Shown in pieces: positions 21,201 through 30,115 of a DNA stretch of 64,000 nucleotides. The notes under the pieces were generated by a model, which was given only the letters and a program-made list of their open reading frames with translations, did no database searches and was not told the DNA's origin. This DNA comes from Candidatus Kapaibacterium sp. (GTDB taxonomy: Bacteria > Bacteroidota > Ignavibacteria > Kapaibacteriales > UBA2268). A program made the translations under genes and the position numbers. The stretch is taken from contig OY762428.1 of assembly GCA_963665665.1 (NCBI GenBank), forward strand, positions 2,336,001 through 2,400,000. Direction: 5' to 3'. Within the stretch, counting starts at the first letter, position 1; the number at the start of each line of letters is the position of its first letter.

Positions 21201-21740
21201 GCCTTTACTTAAACCGGCATCCTTCAGGTCGTTCTTTTTATAAAGAAACTGCATCCTGACATTTTTATCGGAAATGGCCAGGTCGGCGTTTTCATCACCG
21301 GCCTGATACTCATCCTCGGAAATTACCGATGTAACTTCAGTGTTGAACTTCCTGTATTGAAAATTATTGATAAGTTCAGTGTTCGAGTACCTGATGGTAT
21401 CGGGCGACTGCCTGCCGATTTTATACAGGGGGTGCTCCGTAAGGCTGGAATCCATAACCCCGGTGTGCTTATATACGAAAGTATGCGTCAGGTAGTCCCA
21501 TTCGCCGCAATGATACTGATCCCTGTATGTCAGCGGATCGCATTTCAGCTTGTAATACATATATATCTTACGGTACTCATCAGGGTTGTCCGGGAACTGC
21601 CATGTGCCGCGCCTCGTAGTAATCGAATCATAACTTAGCGTTTGTACCACAATTTTCTCCAGGGCAAAAGTATCCATTGCAACAAGAAGCATAAATGCTG
21701 TTAGTGCAGTAAGTTTCATGTTGTTCAGCAATTGTTTCAT
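18300..21740 (-). CDS. Peptide-N-glycosidase F-related protein with LamG insert, T9SS cargo
   Basis: CGEWDY, EIARFITPYG, TGHG..CCEW, GTWPGAREGWCPG; LamG WTHIAMVFDG..GCIDDVRIWN; CTD LYPNPA. Confidence 0.85.
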   Translation of the reverse strand: MKQLLNNMKLTALTAFMLLVAMDTFALEKIVVQTLSYDSITTRRGTWQFPDNPDEYRKIYMYYKLKCDPLTYRDQYHCGEWDYLTHTFVYKHTGVMDSSLTEHPLYKIGRQSPDTIRYSNTELINNFQYRKFNTEVTSVISEDEYQAGDENADLAISDKNVRMQFLYKKNDLKDAGLSKGNIHGVKFYLKSAPITLKNLKIGLKNTNSKTTDMIDNIELVTYHYDDITVQEEGWHTIYFNEPFDWNGLFSVLFDISYSIDEDTEDVIWGANAVSGGIISAENDTFLEFDGTYDYVEATDIPEINGVQKVTYETWVKINKWKNWADIITKNNKLVLQCGGSEREVYCIVRPALNQWGRAEGVLQVGQWTHIAMVFDGSGESNNDKLKLFINGREIGLIYKHVIPSYTPVNNEPVKISSTIGNNSMIDGCIDDVRIWNDALSNDAISEWLDKDIDETHPNYSNLQLYYDMENIENGYVIDKSGKERNGRLIGMPAVKQMYPADYMKNSFGSENRPAVVMLRGEYETRVNESVATISEQLPQLSIVKFKKDGHRAIVDELINVEQGGWGYTYDPDGNRIDSSYSEKSEEIYNDVITYYTEPAEILDRYEIARFITPYGKMLDLGPDGFEWRYDVTEYAHLLTGEVDMSAGNQQELLDVRFEFIKGTPPRKVLSVDRIWGPMKSYRYSQMDNDDVLSEIEVPILDDAETFKIKTRLTGHGHHSNDGEYPHCCEWKDNDHYLLVNNDEFSWKIFQYYECAMNPVYPQGGTWPGAREGWCPGDVVKDFEFELTGIVTKPTTKFDYGITPVPANNKNMGNGNYVTSMHFIQYSAPTHEIDAELYDIISPNSWDYYSRINPICSEPTIIVRNNGSEPITSLNINIGVSGGDPIDFNWTGNIEPMRFDTIYIPITSSAFWHGDEQRKFTATVSDPNGKQDQYAENDTYTSRFKQTDMYTNSCEVRILTNLRGSEFSVEILDYAGNVVKSGDNFQNNSLYTFNFAELEEGCYTLRVLDQRHYGLSYWAIPDQGNGYLRIVDGAGEDIHVFDPDFGIGVFYSFRIGDMVDVPVKNDEFAAELYPNPATSHVDIHVPKAIGPADMYVYDLEGNVIETKSVNMQDDSMLRIEIDNYVPGTYFVRLLNDKFDIRKQFIKN

Positions 21741-21901
21741 TTTCTCTCTCTTTTGTTAGCTAAAACTTCATTCTTTCAATCAGGCAAATATAATAACGAT
21801 TAAGTTACCATGCAGAATAAAGTTCTGTATTTTTTGATTAAAAATAATAAAAGAAAGAGGAAAACGACAATATCTCCAAAAAGTAATATAATGGAGCATG
21901 A

Positions 21902-22009
21902 ATGGGAAAAGATTGTCCTTTTTGTAAAAGCGGAAAATGCACCAAAGAATGCAAAACCGATAAAAATAAAAAGAAGAAGAAAAAACATAAAAAAAAGAAG
22001 AAAACCTGA
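21902..22009 (+). CDS. 35-aa Cys4 / poly-Lys microprotein (not in the ORF track)
   Basis: MGKDCPFCKSGKCTKECKTDKNKKKKKKHKKKKKT; GGAG 5 nt before the ATG. Confidence 0.55.
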   Translation: MGKDCPFCKSGKCTKECKTDKNKKKKKKHKKKKKT

Positions 22010-22212
22010 CATTCTGTTGCTGTATAAACAGGACTACGGATTACAATTTACCTAAACTATACTCCGGTTCATGCTTTCCCCGCCCCCTTATACCCGGTAT
22101 TTTCCCGGAAATATCGAAATTCCCTTATCCAAAATCAAAACCATGCTCCGGCATATCCTATCAGCGCATCCGAATATCGAACCTCCCGGCCAGAATAACA
22201 AACTTGCGGACT

Positions 22213-22750
22213 GGAAAAGCAATAAAATGATTCAAACCATGTTTTTTCCGCTGCAGCTCTTGTTTTTTGCCATCTGAAATATTGAATATCAGCGCTTAAA
22301 TTACTTTGGCTGGTTCGCTAAAGCCTAAAGTATTTTCAAAAATCAGATATAGATAGATCAAATAATAATATTTATAAAACAGATTATACAATATTTAATC
22401 TAAATTAATATATTATAAGTAAATATAATAATATATCCGATTCATATTATGCTTGATATAGTTTATCTAACAAAACTTTTAATATAAATTATAGAATATT
22501 ATTATCATTCAAACAAATACATTATTTATAATATAATATTTATTAAGTATCTAATAAATTACCTGATAAATCTTATGATTTATCATATATATCTATTTTG
22601 TTAGATGCATTGATTATATCCTAATTTATACTATTAATTTCATTGATCGGGTTTCTGAATTTATAATTCATATTAATAATTTTATAATATATCTGAATAA
22701 AATCATTCGGATAATTAATTATTTTATAAGATTTATTATTAATATCATTA
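22213..22750. repeat. AT-rich non-coding element, copy A (homologous to 63369-63906)
   Basis: Colinear at a constant offset of 41,156 bp; manual alignment gives about two-thirds identity with no gaps needed. Confidence 0.85.
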
Positions 22751-22897
22751 GATATAAATATTATATCTTAATTTGTTCTGCAAATATTCTAATCAGGATT
22801 ATATATAAACTAATTCATACTATATATTTTATTATTTCCTTTCAGAGAAGCAGATAAATTTATCGCTTTAGATTATTTCAGGACGACAGAAAGGCAT

Positions 22898-22933
22898 TTT
22901 TACTCCGGGCTTTACGGTAAAAGCCGGAGTAAA
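22898..22933. other. Imperfect hairpin just left of the IS
   Basis: TTTACTCCGG..CCGGAGTAAA. Confidence 0.5.
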
Positions 22934-22971
22934 CGGTTGCTTTTAAATGGCTCACACACAAAACTTGGGGA

Positions 22972-23904
22972 CTAAGCAAAAAGTTTCATTAATCTGAATA
23001 AGAAGAAATCGTTATCGACAACCCCTCTTTGGTTAGCCCTGAATAGCTTGATTTTTGAGTTGAATGACTCAGCATTAGCATTGGTACTACGCCTGACAAA
23101 GAAGTTAAGGATATTATTAAAATGATTTCTGATAGTATTGGAAACTGTATTAAACTCCTTAATAGCCAGCTCTTTTGTTTTGTCAATCCAATCGGCAATT
23201 TTCTTTGCAGCAGTGGCTTTATCATAGGATTCATATATACTTCTAAACTCTAGCACATGATAGTAAGCATTTTTTATATCAGGATATAAGTCAAACATCA
23301 ATGATGCCCTCAATTTTTGGCTTTCAGTCCATTCATTAGGTTTCCTTGCAACGATATAGCGGCATCGTGCAAGCAATTGTTTGTGAGTATCTCCATTTAT
23401 TAATTTCTCAGCTTTGAATCTTTTTCCCTTCTTCCTGCAAGCGTCAATTGCCTTGTTCTCGGTATCCAGTTCATCCCATCGATGTTTAATTCTAACGTGC
23501 TGCAAAGCTTCCAGAGCAAGCCTTACAACGTGAAAACGGTCAATAACATGGAATGCTGACGGGAAGGCCCTGCGGGCTGCCGATGACATATTATTTGCCA
23601 TATCCATCGTTATTTCCCGCACCTGATTCCTTAGTACAAGTGGTATCTTTTCAAGTACTTTAACGATTTTATCCGACGATGTTCCTTTAATTATTGCTAT
23701 TATTGTTCCTTTCCTGCCACGGCCTGCCTTGTTGGTTATAAAAGTATATAACTCTCCTTTGACCAGGGACAATTCATCAATACTGACATATGGTCCAATA
23801 TTATCAGGGAAAATCAAATAATCGGAAGCATGCTGTTTTTGATCCCAATCGGTATAATTACTGCTGTGTTCCTTATAATGGCGACGCAGTGTATTTGGTA
23901 TCAC
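22972..23904 (-). CDS. ISL3/ISAon1 transposase, catalytic DDE part
   Basis: SIDE, ITMDM, IDRFHV, TNANAESFNSKIK; the frame stays open upstream to about 23960. Confidence 0.93.
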   Translation of the reverse strand: MIPNTLRRHYKEHSSNYTDWDQKQHASDYLIFPDNIGPYVSIDELSLVKGELYTFITNKAGRGRKGTIIAIIKGTSSDKIVKVLEKIPLVLRNQVREITMDMANNMSSAARRAFPSAFHVIDRFHVVRLALEALQHVRIKHRWDELDTENKAIDACRKKGKRFKAEKLINGDTHKQLLARCRYIVARKPNEWTESQKLRASLMFDLYPDIKNAYYHVLEFRSIYESYDKATAAKKIADWIDKTKELAIKEFNTVSNTIRNHFNNILNFFVRRSTNANAESFNSKIKLFRANQRGVVDNDFFLFRLMKLFA

Positions 23905-23926
23905 CCTGTAATAATTTGCTATTGTT

Positions 23927-24310
23927 TTAATCGTATCTTCCCGGGTCTCTACCTGTAGATTTTAAAAAATCCGACAACTCCTGTGTAAGTTTTACGCCCT
24001 TGGCTATGAAAGAATAATCGTTGCTAACAACCTTATTCTTATTAGTTTTATTACGCCAGCGACGACGCTTGATATACAGATATACCGCCTTGCCACGCAT
24101 TGGAAAATCCTGTATCCTCTTTGGCGGCAGGAAGCCTTTAGACTCGTATTCCACGGCTTTTGATCCTGCGGGAAGGATGTTCTTTTCTTCGATGTATATT
24201 CCTATAGCCACACTCTGATCCTGGGGATCCTCTATCTCTTTTACTTCGGTTATTGTAAAAAATTTTAACAGGCCTTCTGGGAGTATATATTTTGCCAGTT
24301 CTTCTGTCAT
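23927..24310 (-). CDS. ISAon1-type transposase N-terminal ORF
   Basis: SKGF..IQDFPMRGKAVYLYIKRRRW..GVKLTQELSDFLK. Confidence 0.88.
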   Translation of the reverse strand: MTEELAKYILPEGLLKFFTITEVKEIEDPQDQSVAIGIYIEEKNILPAGSKAVEYESKGFLPPKRIQDFPMRGKAVYLYIKRRRWRNKTNKNKVVSNDYSFIAKGVKLTQELSDFLKSTGRDPGRYD

Positions 24311-24686
24311 TATGCTGTCACTTTCATTATTTACTGATCTTCTCTTATTCTTAATTTTATTACATCCTTTAAAGCTTCTTTCTAGGCTTAAAAGGGGATG
24401 CTTGAATCTTGCAATTTAGCACTTTATCCCCAAGTTTTGTTACTGGGCCTTTTAAATGAAGATGGCACGGAGAATGCAAAAGAATATCCGGAGGCATGGG
24501 ATAGTAATTATTCAGCTTTACGGGATAAATAATATATTGGCAGGGTTTGGTATATATGAATTAATGAAGCTATTTAAGCCTGCCCCGGGCTTTCGCCCGG
24601 AACAGCTGTTTAATCAAAATTATTAGTTTGTTTCTGCCCCGAATAAAAATAATAGTATGTCAGATATTTTCAACAATACTAAGAAG

Positions 24687-24776
24687 TGTTACTCTGAACG
24701 AAGCGAATAGCCAGTTCTTCATAATTTTATCCAAAACAAGCGGATTCTTCAGTTGCAAGCTCTGAAAGCCTGCCCC
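24687..24776. repeat. MITE/REP copy (GTCATTCTGA-type family)
   Basis: Matches the reverse complement of 47076-47166 and is related to 1286-1378. Confidence 0.7.
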
Positions 24777-24896
24777 TGCCTGCACCGATTTATCGGTGAG
24801 GTTTCGGGGAATCACAATTTTGCAATTATTCTCTTTCGAAACAGAATAATATTATCAATGCAAAGTAGTAAGGATTTGCGGTTATGCATTCAGAAA

Positions 24897-25319
24897 TCAG
24901 ACAATATTGTTAATGAAAAGAAGAATATCCACGGATGTAACAATCCCTACAAGATTGTTGTCCCAGTCAACTACCGGCAGACAATCAATTTTGTATTTCA
25001 CGAAAAGCTCAATGGCTTTCTTCAGGCTGTCTTCAGGGAAAAGTACTTTTTCCGGTTTACTAATAATATTTTTATAATCAATTATCTGGTTCAGGGTCTG
25101 GCCTTCGTAGCCGTCGTCAAATTCATAAATTTTCCTGAGCGTGTATTCCATAACGCTTCTTTCGGTTATCAGGCCAACTAATTTTTTTCCGTCCAGAACA
25201 GGCACGTGACGAACATTTTCTTCACGCATTATCTCATCAGCTTTCTTAATGGTATCATCAACCGAAACAGTATAGACATCTTTGGTCATTATCTCTATTA
25301 TTCTTGTTTTTCCCGGCAT
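24897..25319 (-). CDS. CBS domain-pair protein
   Basis: IMTKDV, RHVPVLD..LVGLIT, CLPVVD..LVGIVT; SD GGAGG. Confidence 0.9.
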   Translation of the reverse strand: MPGKTRIIEIMTKDVYTVSVDDTIKKADEIMREENVRHVPVLDGKKLVGLITERSVMEYTLRKIYEFDDGYEGQTLNQIIDYKNIISKPEKVLFPEDSLKKAIELFVKYKIDCLPVVDWDNNLVGIVTSVDILLFINNIV

Positions 25320-25479
25320 AAGGCCTCCAATTGAAAATGTTAACACCTGATTATATATTCAGCGGTAATATATAAATTTTGAGCAATATTTGAAATAAAT
25401 AAAAACATTTTTTAAAATCTATTGTTCTTTAGCAAAGAAATTGTATATTTTATTGAGCCGGATAATTGATCCGGTTTTT

Positions 25480-26265
25480 ATGATAAACACTAAAACAGGC
25501 AAAGTTATGGAGAACTTGAAGCAATTCGTAAGAAATAATGACTATTTTATTGTGGCTCACAGGGGAGATTCCGGAATGGCCCCGGAAAATACATTGGCGG
25601 CATTCCAAAGGGCGCTTGATGCAGGTGCAAAGATGATTGAAACCGATATACAGTTTACAGCTGACGACAAGGTGGTTATTTTTCACGATGCAACACTGGA
25701 AAGAACAACCAATGGCAGTGGCGTCCTGGGCGAAAAAAAATATGATGAGATAAAAGGCCTTGACGCGGGGTCATGGTTCTCGGAGGAATTTTCGGGCGAA
25801 AAGATACCCCTGCTTTCCGAACTGATTGAATTAATCAGGGGAAAAGCATATCTTAATATTGAAATTAAAAGCCGTAAAAGTTCTGTAATTGACCACAGGC
25901 TGGACAAAATCCTGAACCTGATATACGAACATAAGTTTGATGACCAGGTGCTTCTGTCTTCATTCGATCATGGACTTATAAAAACAATAAAAGCGACTCA
26001 TCCGGAACTGCCTGTTGCTGCTATTAATATTCCGGGCGACAAAAGAATGCCATCGGAAATTTGCGGGGAAACCGGAGCCGAGGCTTATGTTTGCTCCCTG
26101 CTGGAAATTAATGAGGAAATTGCCGATAATGCAAAACAGAACGGTATTTATACAGGTGTTTATTCCTTTGATAATGCCGGGCATGTAGAGCTTGCAAAGA
26201 AACTCGGCATAAAGATCATGGTAACTAATTTCCCGTCGAGAATTGCAGAAATTCTTGGTGTATGA
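25480..26265 (+). CDS. Glycerophosphodiester phosphodiesterase
   Basis: AHRG..APENT, IETD, FHDATLERTT, LNIEIK; start could be 25507. Confidence 0.92.
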   Translation: MINTKTGKVMENLKQFVRNNDYFIVAHRGDSGMAPENTLAAFQRALDAGAKMIETDIQFTADDKVVIFHDATLERTTNGSGVLGEKKYDEIKGLDAGSWFSEEFSGEKIPLLSELIELIRGKAYLNIEIKSRKSSVIDHRLDKILNLIYEHKFDDQVLLSSFDHGLIKTIKATHPELPVAAINIPGDKRMPSEICGETGAEAYVCSLLEINEEIADNAKQNGIYTGVYSFDNAGHVELAKKLGIKIMVTNFPSRIAEILGV

Positions 26266-26309
26266 TATAGAATTTTTTTGCTTGTATTTTTTATTTATAC
26301 AATGAAACT

Positions 26310-26367
26310 TAACCCTGAAAGGCTATATACATTCTGTGTATTATCCTTCCGGGGTTTTATTTTTTTC
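26310..26367 (+). terminator. Probable terminator
   Basis: AACCCTGAAAGG..CCTTCCGGGGTT followed by a T-run. Confidence 0.55.
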
Positions 26368-26433
26368 CTGCCAATATTTCATCTATGTCCTGAAAAAATG
26401 CTAATTTTGTAATTTTTTAACAGGATAGGAATA

Positions 26434-27624
26434 ATGGCTTTTAAAATTAACGACAGTATAGCGTACACGGGAAAAATTGACTGGGAATTGAGAAAATTCC
26501 ACGGATCGCAGCTTAGCACTCATCGTGGAAGTTCATACAATTCATTCCTGATCAGAGATGAAAAAACCGTACTAATAGATTCCGTATGGACACCCCACAC
26601 GGCTGAGTTTATCAGGGAGCTGAAAAAGATTATCGACCTGAACGAAATAGATTATATTGTTTCTACTCATGCCGAGCCCGACCACAGCGGAGCATTGCCC
26701 CACCTTATGGCAGCCATACCGGATACGCCGGTTTACTGCACCAAAAACGGAGTAAAATCTCTTCAGGGATATTATCATAAGGATTGGAACTTTCAACCGG
26801 TTAAAACAGGCGAAACATTAAACCTTGGTTCCAAAGAGCTGATATTTGTTGAAGCACCCATGCTTCACTGGCCGGACACAATGATGGCTTTCCTTACAGG
26901 TGATAATATCCTGTTTTCCAGCGATGTTTTCGGGCAGCATATTGCCTCGGAATATATGTACAACGATCTTGAAAATGAATTCGAGGTATATTCTGAAGCA
27001 ATGAACTATTATGCCAATATAGTAGCTCCATTTTCGAAGAAAGCGCTTAGCAAGATTGATGAATTTGACAAAATGAACCTGCCCCTGGAAATGATTTTCC
27101 CGGCTCATGGCATTTTGTGGCGGAACAACCCGAGGGAAATCGTTGACAAATACTTAGAATGGGCTAACGGCTATAAAGAAAACCAGGTAACAATTGTATA
27201 CGAAACAATGTACAACAGCACCCGCAAACTGGCCGAGGCAATTGCTGCCGGTATCAAGGATTCTGACAGCGACGTAAAGATAAAACTTTTCAATGCCGCA
27301 AAAACAGATACCAGCGACCTGGTAACGGAAGTTTTCCGGTCTAAAGCCATGCTTGCCGGTTCTCCCAACCTGAATGGCGGCATTCTGAATAATATGGCCG
27401 CGTTGCTGGAAGAGCTTGCAGGAATGTCTTTAACAGGAAAGAAAGCCGGAGCATTCGGCAGTTACGGATGGAGCCCCGCTAATATCAAGCACCTGAACAG
27501 CGGCCTGGAAAATGCCGGTTTTGAATTGACAGGCAAGGGAGTAAAAACCACCTGGGCGCCTGATGAAAAAGCTCTTGGGCTGGCTTATGACTTTGGAAAA
27601 GAATTCGCTGAAGCAGTAAAATAA
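26434..27624 (+). CDS. fprA: Flavodiiron protein (FprA; MBL plus flavodoxin domains)
   Basis: HAEPDHSG, PMLHWPD, FSSDVFGQH, AFGSYGWS. Confidence 0.9.
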   Translation: MAFKINDSIAYTGKIDWELRKFHGSQLSTHRGSSYNSFLIRDEKTVLIDSVWTPHTAEFIRELKKIIDLNEIDYIVSTHAEPDHSGALPHLMAAIPDTPVYCTKNGVKSLQGYYHKDWNFQPVKTGETLNLGSKELIFVEAPMLHWPDTMMAFLTGDNILFSSDVFGQHIASEYMYNDLENEFEVYSEAMNYYANIVAPFSKKALSKIDEFDKMNLPLEMIFPAHGILWRNNPREIVDKYLEWANGYKENQVTIVYETMYNSTRKLAEAIAAGIKDSDSDVKIKLFNAAKTDTSDLVTEVFRSKAMLAGSPNLNGGILNNMAALLEELAGMSLTGKKAGAFGSYGWSPANIKHLNSGLENAGFELTGKGVKTTWAPDEKALGLAYDFGKEFAEAVK

Positions 27625-27641
27625 GAATTTTTGATATTTAT

Positions 27642-27676
27642 AACTCATCTGATCACTTCAAGTGGTCGGATGAGTT
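27642..27676. repeat. 35-bp REP-like hairpin, possibly also acting as a terminator
   Basis: AACTCATCTGATCACTTCAAGTGGTCGGATGAGTT; sister copy at 30302-30336. Confidence 0.75.
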
Positions 27677-27707
27677 TTTTTTTTATAAACAATTCCAAAT
27701 TGAATAA

Positions 27708-29954
27708 TCACCGCCCTACAACCACCGGCACAGTCCTTGTTGTGCCACCAAGACGGATATTAATAAAATACACTCCTGATGAGACTGAGGAACAATCCCA
27801 GATTATTTCGCCGTGATATACATTCATTTTATTTACGCTTATCTCGCCGGGTTTGCTGATTGTTTTACCCGTGTAGTCGTGTACTGTTATTGCGGCGTTT
27901 TGCATATCGTACCTGCTATCCCAGTATATTTCCGTACTAACACGGTTGTTTGCCGGCTGGGGATATGGAGGATAGTTATACATTTTTATTACTTCTGCCC
28001 CTGGTTCTTCTACTGGTGTATCTTCATAGAATGTGAATTTTATGAAATCTTTACCGATACCATATGAGAATAATTGATTATCTTGAAATTCGTTCAATGC
28101 CCATGGTGAATAACCAGGTAACTCAATAGTTTTCCAAATATTATTGAAGTTATTACTATTCTCGGAATAATATAAACCATTAATTGATCCTGTGATTATT
28201 TTGTTCTCCCATTTAACAATTTTGATGTAACTTCCAATATTATCAAATCTCAGTAATTTATATGATTTATTTTTCAAATCAGCTCTGTACAAAACCCCAA
28301 AAGAATTCGTATCAGTTCGGCCTGTCCAATAAATTCCACCGAGATATACATAATCATCAATAATATCCATAAAGTTTATTATTGTATCCAATGTTCTCAT
28401 TGTGATAACTGTATCCCATGTTATGCCGGGTTCTCCCGATTTTAAGATATGATAAACACATGTATCAGGTTTTTCTCCATCGTCATATCTCATATCCCTG
28501 GCAAGGGCATAATATTGGTTTTTATATTCTTTGATTGAAAACAAATGCAGAGAATCAATCAACTGTTTACTTTTATAATTAATATCTTCGTCAAAAGTAA
28601 ACAATAATGTATAGGGCCATGATGCAAATCTTGAAGGAAAATACAATTTGTATTCATTGTTATATTTCACTAAAGGAGCAAATTCAGAATAACTATAGTT
28701 GGCAGTTTCTTCAATTCGAAATATTTTAAAAGTCTCTCCTCCATCAGTAGTTTTCATTACGTTCGGATAACCTGTATTAACTCTGTTGGTGAATAAAACT
28801 CCATTAGCCATTTCATCAAAGTGTGCTGTAAAAGGTTTGTTTTTGAATTTTATAATTTCTTTGTCAGTTAGTAACTGTGGACGCCATGTAATGCCTCCAT
28901 TTGTTGTTTTAAAAATTTTTGCTTTTGTATTCCAAAAGAATCCATTCAAACTATCAATCCAGATAACATTAGCTTTGGGCTCATAATTTGACAATACTTC
29001 CCATGTTACACCTCCGTTTGTTGATTTAATAATGGAATTGTCTTTACCTGCAGCAAAAATCAAATCATCATTAATAAAATTAAGTTCCATTAAAAACAAC
29101 TCAGTTACATATCTGTCTAACTCATTATTTGAAATTGTTTTTGTTCCGTTTCCATCATTTTTATAGAATAGTACCTGATTATAATTAAAACGTGTATCAA
29201 TTGTTCCCGTTGTTATCGAATACAAAATATCATCGTTAACATCAAATAGTTTAGTTTTGGAGTAGATTTCTTCAAAAACTTCAAGATTATTAGTTTTATA
29301 TATAAGCGAATCGGATATAAAATACAAATAACCATTACTATTTACAAATCTTCTGATTGTCTTGTTAGAATCGGTTAAATTTCTTTGATATAGATCAATA
29401 ACTGATACTTCATCCTGATTATCAGGTGATATTTTTAATATTTTGCTGTTTTTTGTAGCAATTAGTAAGGAGTTTCTAAAATAACATAAGCCACTTATTT
29501 CAATACCATCCGGAATATTGATTTCTTTAAAAAATTGAAAGTCTAAATTGAATGCCAAAACTTTATCTTTAAATGCCATGTAATATTTATTGGACAATTT
29601 ATAAATATCAACGATTTCATCTGTCAGGCTGTCGGGTAATGTTATTGTTTCAAGCAGATCAGCATTTTCATTGAGTTTGAAAAAATATTTTTGATTATAA
29701 ACACCATAGAATTCATTACCATCAGTTCTTATTTTTTTTATAGCCAATGGTTCTAAAACAGGTTGAATATTTACCCATTCTGATGTAAAAAAATTCGTTT
29801 TTAAAAAGTTGCTCGAATTGCCATAGAATAAAATACAATTATCATTATGTACAATCCCATAAATATCATCAATATTCAATTTTTCATAATGAAATTTCAG
29901 ATCAGCATTGGAAATATATACAATCAGTAAGAATAACGGTAATATCTTTTTCAT
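27708..29954 (-). CDS. T9SS cargo with BNR/Asp-box (YCF48-like) repeats
   Basis: KSTNGGVTW, KTTNGGITW, KTTDGGETF; CTD PPYPQPA..SGVYFI; low-GC gene body. Confidence 0.8.
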   Translation of the reverse strand: MKKILPLFLLIVYISNADLKFHYEKLNIDDIYGIVHNDNCILFYGNSSNFLKTNFFTSEWVNIQPVLEPLAIKKIRTDGNEFYGVYNQKYFFKLNENADLLETITLPDSLTDEIVDIYKLSNKYYMAFKDKVLAFNLDFQFFKEINIPDGIEISGLCYFRNSLLIATKNSKILKISPDNQDEVSVIDLYQRNLTDSNKTIRRFVNSNGYLYFISDSLIYKTNNLEVFEEIYSKTKLFDVNDDILYSITTGTIDTRFNYNQVLFYKNDGNGTKTISNNELDRYVTELFLMELNFINDDLIFAAGKDNSIIKSTNGGVTWEVLSNYEPKANVIWIDSLNGFFWNTKAKIFKTTNGGITWRPQLLTDKEIIKFKNKPFTAHFDEMANGVLFTNRVNTGYPNVMKTTDGGETFKIFRIEETANYSYSEFAPLVKYNNEYKLYFPSRFASWPYTLLFTFDEDINYKSKQLIDSLHLFSIKEYKNQYYALARDMRYDDGEKPDTCVYHILKSGEPGITWDTVITMRTLDTIINFMDIIDDYVYLGGIYWTGRTDTNSFGVLYRADLKNKSYKLLRFDNIGSYIKIVKWENKIITGSINGLYYSENSNNFNNIWKTIELPGYSPWALNEFQDNQLFSYGIGKDFIKFTFYEDTPVEEPGAEVIKMYNYPPYPQPANNRVSTEIYWDSRYDMQNAAITVHDYTGKTISKPGEISVNKMNVYHGEIIWDCSSVSSGVYFINIRLGGTTRTVPVVVGR

Positions 29955-30115
29955 CTCCAATCCTTTATGATTATGGTTTAATTATTTCCCCGAATGATTA
30001 ATATCTAAATCTGATTCTTTATTAAGGTATGAAATATTTTATATATAAGCAAGAAAAAAATAAATAATCTTAATTATTTTTCACAACTAAAATTATCTCC
30101 TCAAACTGCCCCCGC

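Larger units (their letters stand above)
22949..24449 (-). mobile_element. ISL3-family (ISAon1-type) insertion sequence, 1501 bp
   Basis: TIRs GGCTCACACACAAAACTTGGGGA and GGCCCAGTAACAAAACTTGGGGA; 8-bp TSD TTTTAAAT at 22941-22948 and 24450-24457; two-ORF transposase. Confidence 0.93.

Noticed and set aside
21800-22055. Phe-rich ORF 21800-22012 (-) and Lys-rich ORF 21810-22055 (+)
   Set aside because: Best explained as shadows of the 35-aa Cys4/poly-Lys ORF, which has an SD site and a coherent motif
22071-22750. AT-rich duplicated element as a coding or recoded gene, or as a CRISPR leader
   Set aside because: Stops interrupt the frames I translated, mismatches in the head region are spread over all codon positions, and no array adjoins copy A
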